NCBI GenBank assembly: GCA_963789955.1
Contig: CAWBMV010000012.1
Span: 320,001-384,000 of the forward strand
Reading direction: 5' to 3'
From: an uncultured Candidatus Rokubacteria bacterium
GTDB taxonomy: Bacteria > Methylomirabilota > Methylomirabilia > Rokubacteriales > CSP1-6
Length of the DNA: 64,000 nucleotides
Shown: positions 33,571 through 44,901 of the stretch, piece by piece
Layout: each line of letters opens with the position of its first letter
Numbering within the stretch: the stretch's first letter is position 1
Made by a program: the position numbers and the translations under genes
The notes under the pieces: generated by a model
Told to the model about the DNA's origin: nothing
The model's input: only the letters and a program-made list of their open reading frames with translations
Databases searched by the model: none

Positions 33571-35510
33571 GCGGTCCGGTGCCGCTCCGGCAGGATGGCC
33601 AGCAGCGCCCCCAGGGTGAGTACCAATCCGCCGATCCAGATCCAGCTCACGAGGCGGTTGACCTGGAGCTTGATCGTCGCCTGTGAGCCGTCGCGGGCGA
33701 AGTCGCCGAGGACGAGATAGAGATCCTCGCGCAGGCCCAGACGATAGTCGACGTACGCGATGGGCGCCTGTTCTTGAGGATAGAACTTCTTGGCCGGGCG
33801 CAGCACGCCGAGCACGCGCCCGTTCGAGACCGTGAACGCCCCGATGACCTTGAAGTGGTTCGACTCCTCGACCGCGGTGAGCCCATCGAACCGGAAACGG
33901 TACCCGGCGAGCTCGGCCGACTCTCCGCGGTGCAACGTGGTCTCGGTCTGCACCGACCAGGCGTGCGATCCCATCACGCCGAGCGCGATGATCAGGATGC
34001 CCAGGTGCACCACGAAGCCACCGTAGCGGCGGTTGTGCCGCAGGAGAAGCCCGCCCATCGCCGGCAGGAGCGACTCGCCCACGCGGAGCCGCGCGCGGGT
34101 GGCGCGCGTGAAGTCGACCGCGATCGTGACCGCGACGAAGACGGTCGTCGCGAACGTGAGCGCCGCCAGCAGCGAGCGGACACCAAGCGCGAACGCGGCG
34201 GCCGCCGCGACGATCCCGAGCGCGACCGGCCAGAGGAAGTTGCGCTTGAGGCTTTCGAGGGACGCCCGCCGCCAGGCGATCAGCGGCCCGACCCCCATCA
34301 GGAAGACCAGCGACAGGAAGAGCGGCACGTTGACCTGGTTGAAGAAGGGCGCGCCGACGCTGACCTTGACGCCGCGCACGGCTTCCGAGAGCAACGGGAA
34401 CACCGTGCCGAAGAAGACCGTGAACGCGGCGGCCACGAGGAACACGTTGTTCAAGAGGAACGCCGACTCGCGCGAGACGATCGAGTCGAGCTCGCCCTCG
34501 GACCGGAGCGCCTCCCAGCGCCACGCGACCAGCCCGAGCGCCGTCAGCAGCACGAGTGCCAGAAAGCTCAAGAACAGGATCCCGATAGAGCCTTGCGTGA
34601 AGGCGTGGACCGAGGCGATGACCCCGGAACGGGTGAGGAACGTGCCGAACAAGGTGAGGCCGAAGGTCAGGATCACCAGCGAGATGTTCCAGAGACGGAG
34701 CATGCGCCGCCGCTCCTGGATCATCACGGAGTGGAGGAATGCAGTGCCGGTGAGCCACGGCATGAACGCGGCGTTCTCCACGGGATCCCACGCCCAGTAC
34801 CCGCCCCAGCCGAGGACGTGGTAGCTCCACCAGCCGCCGATCAGGAGACCGAGCGAAAGAAAGTACCAGGCGACGATCGTCCACCGCCGCGTCAGGACGA
34901 GCCACGCGTCGCCGATGCGGCCGGTGATCAACGCGGCCATCGCGAAGGCGAAGGGCACGGAGAAGCCGGTGAAGCCGAGATAGAGGGCAACGGGGTGCGT
35001 GATCATGCCCGTGTCCTCGAGCAGCGGGTTCAGGCCGCGGCCGTCGGCGGGCACCGGCATCTGGCGCTGGAACGGCGGCGCGGCGACTGTCATCACCAGG
35101 AGGAAGAACGCGAGGATGCCGAGCATCGTCGCCAGCGCCCAGGGATACAGCTCGCGCGCGCCGACCCGGTGGCGCACGATCAGGATGATCGTGTAGAGCG
35201 TGAGCATCCAGGCCCAGAGGATGATCGAGCCCTCGAGCGCGCCCCACACTGCGGTGATCCGGTAGTAGAACGGCGTGCCGAGGTTCGTGTTGGTCGCGAC
35301 GTAGCGGACCGAGAAATCGAACGTGAGGAAGGCGTAGGTGAGCAGCGCGAAGCACGAGGTGACGAGGACGAACACGCCGATCGCCGCGTGCTGAGCCGAC
35401 TCGATCAGCGCCGTCCGCCCCGACCGGGCGCCGACCCCGGCGGCGATCCCGCCGTACAGTGCGAGGCCGAGAGCGACCAGGGTCATGCCGTAGCCGAGGT
35501 CTGCGGTCAC
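33567..35510 (-). CDS. ccmF: Heme lyase CcmF
   Basis: LGWGGYWAWDPVEN and SVHAF motifs. Confidence 0.95.
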   Translation of the reverse strand: MTADLGYGMTLVALGLALYGGIAAGVGARSGRTALIESAQHAAIGVFVLVTSCFALLTYAFLTFDFSVRYVATNTNLGTPFYYRITAVWGALEGSIILWAWMLTLYTIILIVRHRVGARELYPWALATMLGILAFFLLVMTVAAPPFQRQMPVPADGRGLNPLLEDTGMITHPVALYLGFTGFSVPFAFAMAALITGRIGDAWLVLTRRWTIVAWYFLSLGLLIGGWWSYHVLGWGGYWAWDPVENAAFMPWLTGTAFLHSVMIQERRRMLRLWNISLVILTFGLTLFGTFLTRSGVIASVHAFTQGSIGILFLSFLALVLLTALGLVAWRWEALRSEGELDSIVSRESAFLLNNVFLVAAAFTVFFGTVFPLLSEAVRGVKVSVGAPFFNQVNVPLFLSLVFLMGVGPLIAWRRASLESLKRNFLWPVALGIVAAAAAFALGVRSLLAALTFATTVFVAVTIAVDFTRATRARLRVGESLLPAMGGLLLRHNRRYGGFVVHLGILIIALGVMGSHAWSVQTETTLHRGESAELAGYRFRFDGLTAVEESNHFKVIGAFTVSNGRVLGVLRPAKKFYPQEQAPIAYVDYRLGLREDLYLVLGDFARDGSQATIKLQVNRLVSWIWIGGLVLTLGALLAILPERHRTA

Positions 35511-35947
35511 CGCCCTTCACCCCGGAGCGTCTTGAAGAGCTCGCGGTAGCCCGCCTGATTCGTGTCGTGGGGCGCTTTGTATTCCTCGGAATGCTTGGCC
35601 ATGATCAGGGACGCCTTGAAGTAGCCGTCGGCCGTCCAATTTCCTTCCAGGACCGCGCCTCGGCCCTCGCCGAACAGATCGGGCGGCGTGCCCTTGTGTC
35701 GGACCGGAACCGTCGCGGTCCCGTCAGACAGGGTGAACGACAGATCGAGCGAGCGCGGCTCCCACTTGAGCGAGCCGGGCACCACCATACCACCAAGCCG
35801 GTAGGCCTTGCCCGGCACTGCGGCGCCCCGCAGCTCCGACGGTGTGACGAAGTACACCGCCGACTGCGTCACGCCTGCGTAGATCATGTACGCGAGAGCC
35901 CCGGCGATGACGACGCCACCGATGATGAGCTTGCGCCTTCGGGTCAT
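35507..35947 (-). CDS. ccmE: Heme chaperone CcmE
   Basis: RLGGMV, PDLF and AKHSEEY (HxxxY) motifs. Confidence 0.92.
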   Translation of the reverse strand: MTRRRKLIIGGVVIAGALAYMIYAGVTQSAVYFVTPSELRGAAVPGKAYRLGGMVVPGSLKWEPRSLDLSFTLSDGTATVPVRHKGTPPDLFGEGRGAVLEGNWTADGYFKASLIMAKHSEEYKAPHDTNQAGYRELFKTLRGEGR

Positions 35948-36328
35948 TGTAGCGGGGGCCTTGAGGCCGGCTTGGACCCGGGGTGGCCTGAGATAGGCGC
36001 GGCGAAGCTCCGCACGCCCGATCTTTCGGTGGGCGTCGTTCGACTCTGGTTCACGGTGATCGGGCGCTCTGAGGTCGGCGTGGCACGGCACGCCCGACCC
36101 TTTCGGTTGCGTCGGTCGGCTCTGGTTCACGGTGACGGGCGCCTGCGAGGCCGGATTTGGCTGGGGCTGGCCCGGCTCTGCCGCTCGCGAAGGCTGTCTC
36201 AGGTCGTGGCGGATGGCGGTGGCGTCTTCGAGCTCTTTTTCGCGGCGGGAGAGGAAGCGCCAGTAGGCGATCAGTACGACGGCCGCGAGGCCGTAGGCGG
36301 CGAGGACGAAGCCCCAGTTGTCGGGCAT
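35944..36328 (-). CDS. ccmD: CcmD with a long repetitive C-terminal tail; one frameshift
   Basis: WGFVLAAYGL hydrophobic N-terminus, positioned between ccmC and ccmE. Confidence 0.7.
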
Positions 36329-36971
36329 CACGCTTCGGCCTCGGCTTCCAGGCGGAGCAGGCGGGCTCGCCTGGTGACGAAATAGACGTAGAGGAGCGTG
36401 AACGCTGCGAAGTTCACGAGGAGCGTCGCCTTGAAGATGCCGGCCATCGGTGCCCGGGCCCCATCAGGGACGGGGGCTGGTGCAGGGTGCGCCACCAGAG
36501 CACCGAGAAGTGCACGAGGGGAATGTTGAACGCCGCGACGATGCCGAGCACCGCGGCGAATCGGGCGCCGCGCTCGCGGTCGTCGATCATGCCGCGAAGC
36601 AGGAGATAGCCCAGGTACATGACGAACAGGATCGAGACGCTCGTGAGCCGCGCGTCCCACGTCCACCAGGTACCCCATGTCGGCTTGCCCCAGATCGACC
36701 CGGTGGCGATCGTGAGCCCCGTGAAGAGGACGCCGACCTCCGCCGAGGCGTGTGCGAGCCGGTCCGCGGACTCGGCCCGCCGGACCAGATAGGCGATCGA
36801 GGCGACCAGGACGACGCCGAACGCCAGATAGGCCACCCAGACGCTCGGCACGTGCAGGTACATGATGCGCTGCACGTTGCCCTGGGTGGACTCACGCGGC
36901 GCGATCCCGAATCCCATCACCAGGCCCGCCAGGAGCCCCACCAAGGTCACGCCACCGAGGAGACGTCTCAT
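36328..36971 (-). CDS. ccmC: Heme exporter CcmC; frameshift near 36455
   Basis: YLHVP, WGKPTWGTWWTWDARL and TLHQ motifs. Confidence 0.92.
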
Positions 36972-36976
36972 CGCGC

Positions 36977-37654
36977 CTAGGCCTCCAGCACGAAGTCGAA
37001 CGTGAGGACGCCGACGGCGACGTACACCACGTCCGCGGCCGCGAGGAGCTTGAGCCAGTGGGCGACGCTGCCAAGGGGCTCGCCGAGCAGCACGGCCTCG
37101 GTCGCCTTGACGGTGGCGAGCAGTACCGGCGCCTCGACCGGGAGCAGCAGCACCGGGAACAGGAGCTCGCGGGCGCGCACCTGCGCCGTCATCGCGGCGA
37201 ACAGGGTGCCGACGGCGGCCAGGGCCACCGTCCCGAGCGCGATCACCACGGCGAGGGCCGGCAGGACACCGGCGATGTCGAGGTTGAAGAAGAAGGCGAA
37301 GAGCACCAGGAGAATGGTCTCGATGACCAGCATCAACAGCAGGTTGCCGGCGAGCTTGCCGACGTAGATCGCCGACTTGTCACCCGGCGCCAGGAGGAGG
37401 CCCTCCCAGCAGTCGTTCTCGCGCTCGACGACGAACGTTCGGCCGAGCCCGAGGAGACCGCTCAGGATGAACCCGAGCCAGAGCAGGCCGGGGAGGGTGC
37501 CGGCCAGGCGCTCGCGGTCGGGCCCTAAAGCGAACTGGAAGATGAACAGGAGCAAGAGCCCGAAGAAGAAGAGCGCGTTGAGCGTCTCCTTCGACCGGCG
37601 CTCGACGAGCAGGTCCTTCCACACCACGATCATCGCCCGCCGCGCGAACGTCAG
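36977..37654 (-). CDS. ccmB: Heme exporter CcmB (start uncertain)
   Basis: WKDLLVE and ELLFPVLLLP motifs. Confidence 0.9.
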   Translation of the reverse strand: MTFARRAMIVVWKDLLVERRSKETLNALFFFGLLLLFIFQFALGPDRERLAGTLPGLLWLGFILSGLLGLGRTFVVERENDCWEGLLLAPGDKSAIYVGKLAGNLLLMLVIETILLVLFAFFFNLDIAGVLPALAVVIALGTVALAAVGTLFAAMTAQVRARELLFPVLLLPVEAPVLLATVKATEAVLLGEPLGSVAHWLKLLAAADVVYVAVGVLTFDFVLEA

Positions 37655-38370
37655 GATGCGTCCTCCGCGTGCAGGGTGTAGAGCCGGTGAACATCGTCGG
37701 CGGACAGCGCGCCGCGGGGCGTGTCCAGAGCGATCGCGCCGCCGGCGAGGATCGAGATCCGGTCGGCGACCGCCAGCTCGCGACCGAAGCTGTGCGTCGT
37801 CATGACGATCGCGCCGCCGCCCGCTTTGAACGATGCCAGATGCTCTTCCAGCCACTTCTTGCCACGTTGGTCGAGCCCCGTGAACGGCTCGTCGAGCAAC
37901 AACACCCGCGGCCGGGCCAGGACGAAGCGCGCAAGCGAGAGCCGGCGCTTCATGCCCGCGGAGAACGTGCGGACGCGCTCGCCGGCGGCGCGATCGAGCT
38001 CGACGGTCGCGAGCGCGGCGGCGCGGTCGGCCGCCGATGGTCGAAGGCCCGCGAGCGTGGCCCAGAAGGTCAGGTTCTCGGCGGCGGTCAGGTCCTCGTA
38101 CACGTGCGAGCTGTGGGCGACGAGCCCGATCTCACGGCGGACGAGCTCGGCGTCCTTCGCGCAGTCGTAGCCCGCGACGATCGCGGTGCCGCGCGTCGGG
38201 CGCACCAGGGTCGCCAGGACCTTGAGCAAAGTGGTCTTGCCGGCGCCGTTGGCGCCCAGCACCGCCACCGCCTCACCGGCACGGACGTCCAGGTCGAGCC
38301 CGTCCAGCACGCGATGGTTGCCGAAGGTCTTGCGGAGACCGGTCACTCGAATGAGTGGCTCGGAGGCCAT
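37651..38370 (-). CDS. ccmA: Heme exporter ATP-binding protein CcmA
   Basis: GANGAGKT, FSAGMKRR and DEPFTGLD motifs. Confidence 0.92.
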   Translation of the reverse strand: MASEPLIRVTGLRKTFGNHRVLDGLDLDVRAGEAVAVLGANGAGKTTLLKVLATLVRPTRGTAIVAGYDCAKDAELVRREIGLVAHSSHVYEDLTAAENLTFWATLAGLRPSAADRAAALATVELDRAAGERVRTFSAGMKRRLSLARFVLARPRVLLLDEPFTGLDQRGKKWLEEHLASFKAGGGAIVMTTHSFGRELAVADRISILAGGAIALDTPRGALSADDVHRLYTLHAEDAS

Positions 38371-38498
38371 AACTGGGAACCGCCCAATTCTCGCGCAGCC
38401 GCCGGGAAGGGTCAAGGAAGCGGGAACTTGACTCGGTCGGGCGACCTCCTGCCAAATAGAGGCGGTCGAGCCGACCGTGCGACCGCCGGAGGGTCTAG

Positions 38499-39425
38499 TT
38501 GTTCCAATTCGTGGTGACGCGTGTGCTGTGGCTGGTCCCGACACTCCTGGCCATGGCGCTCGTGACGTTCCTCGTGATGCACGCGACGCCGGGTAGCCCG
38601 CTCGACCCGGTCGCGGAGGGCGCGAACCCGCTGTCGCCGGACGCGCAGAAGAACCTGGCCGCTCACTACGGGCTCGATCGGCCGCTCTACCAGCAGTTCG
38701 CCATCTTCATCGGGAAAGCGGTCCAGGGCGACTTCGGCAATTCGTTCGTCTACAAGACTCGGACCGTCCGCGAGATCATCGTCGACACGTTTCCGATCTC
38801 GCTCCTGCTCGGCTCGATGGCGCTGGCGCTCGCGATCGTCGGCGGCCTGACGCTCGGGATCCTCGCGGCGGTCTACCAGAACCGGGGCTGGGACTACGTG
38901 TCGGTGAGCGTGGCGACGGTCGGCGTCGCCGTGCCGAACTTCGTCCTCGCGGTCTTCCTCATCATCCTGTTCTCGTTCGTGGTGCCGCTCTTCCCGACCG
39001 GCGGCTGGGATTCGCCGCGGAACTGGGTGTTGCCGACGGTGGCACTGGCGCTGGCCCCGATGGGGATCATCGCGCGCTTCACGCGCGCCAGCATGCTCGA
39101 GGTCATCCGCGCCGACTACACGCTCACCGCGCGCGCCAAGGGGCTGGGCGAGATGCCCGTCATCTTCAAGCACGCGCTCAAGAACGCGTTTATCCCGGTG
39201 GTCACTCTACTGGGCCCGATGTTCGCCGCGGTCGGAACCGGCTCGTTTTTCGTCGAATCGATCTTCCGGGTGCCCGGCATGGGGCGCTTCTTCGTCCTCT
39301 CGATGACCGGCCGCGACTATCCGATGATCATGGCGGTGGTGCTCACGTACGGAGCGTTCCTGGCGGTCATGAACCTCGTCGTCGACCTTCTCTATGGCGT
39401 CCTCGACCCCCGCATCCGGTACTGA
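38499..39425 (+). CDS. oppB: Oligopeptide ABC permease OppB
   Basis: DYTLTARAKG and HALKNA motifs. Confidence 0.9.
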   Translation: MFQFVVTRVLWLVPTLLAMALVTFLVMHATPGSPLDPVAEGANPLSPDAQKNLAAHYGLDRPLYQQFAIFIGKAVQGDFGNSFVYKTRTVREIIVDTFPISLLLGSMALALAIVGGLTLGILAAVYQNRGWDYVSVSVATVGVAVPNFVLAVFLIILFSFVVPLFPTGGWDSPRNWVLPTVALALAPMGIIARFTRASMLEVIRADYTLTARAKGLGEMPVIFKHALKNAFIPVVTLLGPMFAAVGTGSFFVESIFRVPGMGRFFVLSMTGRDYPMIMAVVLTYGAFLAVMNLVVDLLYGVLDPRIRY

Positions 39426-39435
39426 GCTCGCGGCC

Positions 39436-40315
39436 GTGGCGGTCGCGGTGCCGAGCGGCGCGCCGCGGGTTCGCTCGTCGAGCCTGTGGCGGGATGGCGT
39501 TCGCCGGCTGCGGCGCAATCGCCTGGCGGTGGCCGGCGGCGTGGTGATCGCCGTGCTCTGCTTCGTCGCGATCTTCGCCGACTTCCTGGCGCCGCTCCCG
39601 TACACGAAGTCGAACTTCGGGCGGCTCAACGAGGCGCCGTCCCGCGACTACCCGCTGGGGACCGATCAGCTCGGCCGCGACCTCCTGTCGCGAATGATCT
39701 ACGGCGCGCGCGTGTCGATGCTGGTGGGGCTCGGGCGCCCAGGTGATCGTGGTCCTGATCGGCGTCCCGATCGGGGCCCTGTCGGGCTACCTCGGCGGCC
39801 GGGTCGACATGTTCCTCACGCGGTTCGTCGACGTCATGTACGCGTTCCCGCGCCTCTTGTTCGTGATCCTCCTGATGTCGATGCTCGGCGCGGGGCTCAC
39901 GAACATCTTCATCGCGATCGGGCTGACCGGATGGGTCGGCATCGCGCGCCAGACGCGCGCGCAGGTGCTCGCGATCAAGGAGAAGGAGTTCGTCGACGGC
40001 GCCCGGGCGCTCGGCGCCGGGTTCGACCGCCTGCTCGTGCGCCACATCCTGCCCAACGCGCTCACGCCGATCGTCGTCGCGGTCACCTTCGGCATCCCGG
40101 AGGCGATCTTCACCGAGGCCGCGCTCTCGTTCATCGGCGTCGGCATCAACCCCCCGACGCCGTCGTGGGGCCAGATGGTCGGCGAGGGGCAGCAGTACAT
40201 CAGGTCCTACTGGCACCTGTGCGTTTTCCCGTCGATCGCCATCGCGGTCACCATGCTGTCGTTCACGTTCTTCGGTGACGGCGTCCGCGACGCGCTGGAC
40301 CCCAAACTGAAATAG
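39436..40315 (+). CDS. oppC: Oligopeptide ABC permease OppC; frameshift near 39735
   Basis: LGTDQLGRD and GDGVRDALDPK motifs. Confidence 0.88.
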
Positions 40316-40330
40316 CAAGGAGACCCGCTC

Positions 40331-42074
40331 ATGCGAGTTCCGCGTATCTCGGACCAACAGCTGGATCTGCTGGCGACTCGTCTCGGCGCGATCGGCGTGG
40401 GCCGCCGCGACTTCCTGCGGGTCGCCGCCGGCCTGGCGGCGATGGGCGCGGCCGGCTTCAACGCGCGCCCGGTGTCCGCGGCGCCGAAGCTCGCGCCCGG
40501 CGAGAAGCTCGCGAAGGAGCAGCACCTCCGGTTCGGCGGCGGCAGCTGGTACGAGCAGGACCCGTCGAGCCACGACTTCAACAAGGACCTCTACTGCGGC
40601 GGCACGCCGCAGCTCTTTGCCGGGCTCATGAAGTTCAACGTCGAACTTCGAGGCGGTTCCCTACGTCGCCGAGAAGGTCACGCCCAACAAGGACGGCTCG
40701 GTCTGGACGTTCGCGATCCGCAAGGACTCGAAGTGGTCCGACGGCTCGCCGTGCTCGGCGCGCGATTTCGAGTACTCGTTCAAGCGCCAGCTCGACCCGG
40801 CCACCGCCGCCCCCTACGCGTCGTTCCTCTACGACATCAAGAACGGCGAGGCGTTCAACAAGAAGCAGGTGACCGACGCGAGCCAGGTCGGCGTCCGGGC
40901 GAAGGACGACTGGACGCTCGAGGTCACGCTCGAGGGGCCGCGCGGCTACTTCCCGGTGCTCGCGGCCTATCTGGCCGCGCTGCCCGGCCACCGCGGCTCG
41001 ATCGAGAAGTACGGCGACAAGTGGACGGAGGCCGCCAACATCGTCTGCAACGGGCCCTTCGTGCTGGACGCGTGGGAGCACAACAAGGTCATCGTCCTGA
41101 AGAAGAACAAGCACTTCTTCGGCGCCAAGGACATCACGCTCGAGAAGGTGACGATCCCGATCATCCCGATCGCGTCCGGCGCGCTCCCGTACGAGAACAA
41201 CGAGATCGACCTGACGCGCTCTGCAGACGGCGGATCTGAAGCGGTTGCAGGGCGATCCGCAGACGTCGAAGGAGGTGTTCCGGTTCCCGTATCCGGGCAC
41301 CTGGTATCTGCTGCCGCAGGTGACCAAGCCGCCGTTCGACAACCTCAAGGTGCGCAAGGCGGTCGCGCACGCGATCGATCGCGAGAACATCGTCAAGGTC
41401 AGCCAGGGCTTCGCGATCCCGGCGCACGCCATGATCCCGCCGGGCTTCCCCGGCGCGCTCGACGACAAGAAGACGCGCGACCTCCAGCGCTTCGACCCGA
41501 AGCTCGCGATGTCGATGCTCAAGGGCACGCCGTTCGAGGGCGGGAAGAACTGGCCGAAGATCACGCTCTCGCATGCGCGACGAGGCGCTCGGCTCGCAAG
41601 CCGCTCGCCGAGGCCGTCCAGGCGGTGCTGCTGGAGAACCTGAACATGAAGACCGAGCTCGAGGTGCTCGAGCAGCGCGTCTTCCGCGAGCGGCTCTGGA
41701 AGCAGGACCTCCAGTTCGTGTGGATCCGCTGGTTCATGGACTACCCGGACCCGCACAACGAGTACTTCGACACCTTCTACGGCAAGAAGACGACCGGCAA
41801 GCGCCAGGCGTGGGCCAACGACGCCTTCGACAAGGAGCTGGAGGCGGGCCGCGACACCAGCGACCCCAAGAAGCGCCTGGCCAGCCTACGCGAAGGCCGA
41901 GGAGATCATGCAGAACGACGTCGGCTACGTGCCGGTGGCCTGGGTCGTGCGCTACGCGACGCGCGAAGCCGACGGTCCGCGGCCTCGAGAAGAACCGGCA
42001 GGGCGAGCTCGTCGTCGACGGCAACATCTACGTGCGACATGCTCACGCACATCTACATGGTCGAGAAGGCCTGA
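40331..42074 (+). CDS. Peptide ABC substrate-binding protein (OppA-like, Tat signal); several frameshifts
   Basis: GRRDFL, KWSDG, NGPF and [11 protein letters not shown] motifs across frames. Confidence 0.85.
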
Positions 42075-42082
42075 AGACGACG

Positions 42083-42109
42083 GCGCGCCGGGGGTCGCCC
42101 CCGGCGCGC
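42083..42109. terminator. GC-rich hairpin between convergent genes
   Basis: GCGCGCCGGGGG-TCG-CCCCCGGCGCGC, a 12-bp stem. Confidence 0.65.
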
Positions 42110-42133
42110 TTGTAACTCGCGTCGTGGGCTGGG

Positions 42134-42986
42134 CTAGACCCTCATCGCCCGCAGGCGGGCGATGCGCTCCTCGAGGGGCGGGTGAGTCGAGAACAGCCGC
42201 ATCAGGGTCGCGCCGCTCAGCGGGTTCACGATGAACAGGTGGGCGGTCGCCGGTGTCGCGTCCGCCATCGGCATCTGCTGGTTCGCCATCTGAAGCTTCT
42301 CGAGCGCCTTCATCAGTCCCCAGCGGCTTGCCGGCGACCTTCGCGCCGGTGGCGTCGGCCTGGAACTCACGGGAGCGCGAGACCGCCATCTGGACGAGCA
42401 ACGCGGCGATCGGCGCCAGGACCGCCAGCAGGATCATCGCGATCGGGTTCGATCCGCCCTCTTCGTCGTCTCGGCCGCGCCCGCCGAACATCGCGGCCCA
42501 CTGCGCCATGTGCGCGAGATAGGTGATGGCGCCGGCCAGGGTCGCGGCGATCGTCGAGATCAGCATGTCGCGGTTCTTCACGTGGGAGAGCTCGTGCGCG
42601 AGGACACCCTCGAGCTCTTCTTCGTCGAGGATCCGCATGATTCCCTCGGTCACGGCCACGACGGCGTGCTCGGGGTTGCGGCCCGTCGCGAAGGCGTTCG
42701 GCGTCTCGCTCGGGATCAGGTAGACGCGAGGCATCGGGATGCCGGCGCGGGTGGCCAGACGGTGCACGATCGCGTAGAGTCGGGGCGCTGCGGCCTCCTC
42801 GATCGGCTGCGCCCTATAGGCGGCGAGCACCATCTTGTCGGAGAACCAATAGCTGACGAAGTTCATCACGACGGCCACGAAGAACGCGACGAGCATGCCT
42901 TGGCGGCCGCCGATGGCGCCGCCGATTAAAACGAGCATCACTGTCAGGACGGCCAACAGGAGCCCGGTCTTGAACACGTTTGACAT
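42134..42986 (-). CDS. htpX: Zinc metalloprotease HtpX; frameshift near 42320
   Basis: PNAFATG, HELSH, SRSREF and STHP motifs. Confidence 0.95.
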
Positions 42987-42992
42987 GGTCGA

Positions 42993-43021
42993 AGCCTAGC
43001 AGAGGGTCCTATAGTGGTCAA
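42993..43021 (-). promoter_or_regulatory. htpX promoter (leaderless geometry)
   Basis: TTGACC-17 nt-TAGGCT with extended TG, 6 nt before the ATG. Confidence 0.65.
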
Positions 43022-43038
43022 ATGAGGGGTCAAATGCC

Positions 43039-43068
43039 TTGACTTGCAGGCATATCGGCCGATATACT
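43039..43068 (+). promoter_or_regulatory. Promoter for the yceD-rpmF-plsX-fab operon
   Basis: TTGACT-18 nt-TATACT. Confidence 0.65.
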
Positions 43069-43115
43069 GACCCGACTTGAGTAAAAACTCGTTTGTTGAT
43101 GATGATTTAGCGAGC

Positions 43116-43626
43116 ATGATCGTCCGGGTTCCGGATATCCCGACCGAGGGGCTGAGCGTCACGGACGCGCGTGGCGCTGGGGGAGGTCTATCGCGACCCC
43201 GCCTGGCGGCTCCTGGATGTGAACCTTCGCCTGGAGCGCGACGGCTTGGACGTCTTCGTGACCGGCGAGGTCCGCGCGGCGGTGTCGCAGGCCTGCGGGC
43301 GGTGCCTCGAGCCGTCTCCCGCCGAGGTCACGGCGACCCTGGACGTGCGGCTCGTGCCGCGTCCGTCCACGGCGGACAACGTCGAGCTCGCGGCTGATGA
43401 CCTCGACGTGGATTTCTACGACAAGGACCTGATCGACATCGGCGCCTTGATCGACGCCGAGACGACGCTCGCGCTTCCCATGAAGCCGCTGTGCCGCGAA
43501 GGCTGTCTTGGGCTCTGTCGGGTTTGCGGCGGGAACCGGAATGTGGTCAAGTGCGAGTGCCCAGAGCGCCCGCCGGATCCACGGCTGGCTGCCCTCAAAG
43601 ACCTGGCCTCGCGGCTTTCCCACTAG
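43116..43626 (+). CDS. yceD: YceD/DUF177 family protein; frameshift near 43170
   Basis: CGRCL and PMKPLCREGCLGLC motifs; directly upstream of rpmF. Confidence 0.9.
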
Positions 43627-43635
43627 GAGAATCCG

Positions 43636-43818
43636 ATGCCTCTGCCGAAACGACGCCACTCGAAGACGCGCGGACGTAAGCGCCGTACCCACTACAAGCT
43701 CGCGGCTCCGACGCGCTCCGTGTGTCCGCAATGCCGTGAGACCAAGCTGCCGCACCGGGTCTGCCCGCACTGTGGCTATTACAAGGGGCGGGAGATCGTG
43801 GCGGTCGAAGGGACCTAG
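43636..43818 (+). CDS. rpmF: 50S ribosomal protein L32
   Basis: [10 protein letters not shown]...CPQC...[11 protein letters not shown]. Confidence 0.97.
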   Translation: MPLPKRRHSKTRGRKRRTHYKLAAPTRSVCPQCRETKLPHRVCPHCGYYKGREIVAVEGT

Positions 43819-43842
43819 CCGGCTCGTCACGGCGCCGAGCAC

Positions 43843-44901
43843 ATGCCGATGACCAACGGAGACGGTGCGCCGTCCCGCCTGAAGGTCGCCGTCGACGCGA
43901 TGGGCGGCGATTACGGTCCTCGCGTCGTGGTCGAGGGCGCAGTGGCTGCCGTCCGAGAGTTCGGCGCCGCGGTGATCCTCGTGGGTGATCGATCCGCGAT
44001 CAACCGCGAGGTCGTCCGGCTCGACGCCCAGAGTCTTGCGCTCGAGATTCGCCATGCCTCACAGGTCGTCGGGATGGCGGAGAGCCCCTCGCAGGCCCTC
44101 AGACGCAAGCGCGACTCGTCGCTACGCGTCGCGGCGGACCTCGTCAAGGACGGCAAGGCCTCCGCGTTCATCTCGGCCGGGAACACCGGTGCCGCGATGG
44201 CGATCTCGATGTTCGTCATCGGCGTCCTGCCCGGCGTGGACCGCCCGGCGATCGCCGCGGTGCTCCCGAATCTTCGCAAGTTCACGATCCTGCTCGACGC
44301 CGGCGCGAACGTCGATCCCAAGCCGATGCACCTCTTGCAGTTCGCGGTCATGGGCCACGTCTACGCCCGCGACATCCTCGGCCTCGACAGCCCGCGCGTC
44401 GGGCTCCTGTCGGTCGGCGAGGAGGAGGGCAAGGGCAACGAGCTCACGAAGGAGACCTACGAGCAGCTCCGCGAGTCGTCGCTGAACTTCGTCGGCAACG
44501 TGGAGGGCCGCGACATCTACAACGGCCGGTGCGACGTCGTCGTCACCGACGGCTTCACCGGCAACGTCGCGCTCAAGATCTCCGAGAGCCTGGCCGAGAT
44601 GATCGGCGCCATGATCAAGGAAGAGCTGCTGCGGGACACGCGGTCGAAGCTCGGCGCGAAGCTCGCGATGCCGGCCTTCGAGCGATTCCGTAAGCGGATC
44701 GACTACACCGAGATGGGCGGCGCACCCCTGCTCGGCATTGACGGCGCCGCCATCATCTGTCACGGTGCCTCGCCGGTGAAGGCCATCAAGAACGCGGTGC
44801 GCGTCGCGCAGGAGTGGGCGAACGCCGGACTGAACGAGCACATCAAGGCCGCTCTGGAGGCGGAGGTGCAGCGCGGCGGTCGAGAAGGGGGACGTGAATG
44901 A
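43843..44901 (+). CDS. plsX: Phosphate acyltransferase PlsX
   Basis: DAMGGD, SAGNTGA and DGFTGN motifs. Confidence 0.96.
   Translation: MPMTNGDGAPSRLKVAVDAMGGDYGPRVVVEGAVAAVREFGAAVILVGDRSAINREVVRLDAQSLALEIRHASQVVGMAESPSQALRRKRDSSLRVAADLVKDGKASAFISAGNTGAAMAISMFVIGVLPGVDRPAIAAVLPNLRKFTILLDAGANVDPKPMHLLQFAVMGHVYARDILGLDSPRVGLLSVGEEEGKGNELTKETYEQLRESSLNFVGNVEGRDIYNGRCDVVVTDGFTGNVALKISESLAEMIGAMIKEELLRDTRSKLGAKLAMPAFERFRKRIDYTEMGGAPLLGIDGAAIICHGASPVKAIKNAVRVAQEWANAGLNEHIKAALEAEVQRGGREGGRE

Noticed and set aside
35507..36331. Apparent CcmD-CcmE fusion
   Set aside because: The two repeat units translate alike only if a frameshift is corrected, and that frame stops at the ccmE ATG.
38410..38433. 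GTCAAG...CTTGAC inverted repeat as an operator
   Set aside because: It is more simply explained as back-to-back -35 boxes of the divergent ccmA and oppB promoters.
43016..43034. CtsR box (GGTCAAA repeat)
   Set aside because: The spacer is 5 nt rather than 3, and one copy is explained as the htpX -35.
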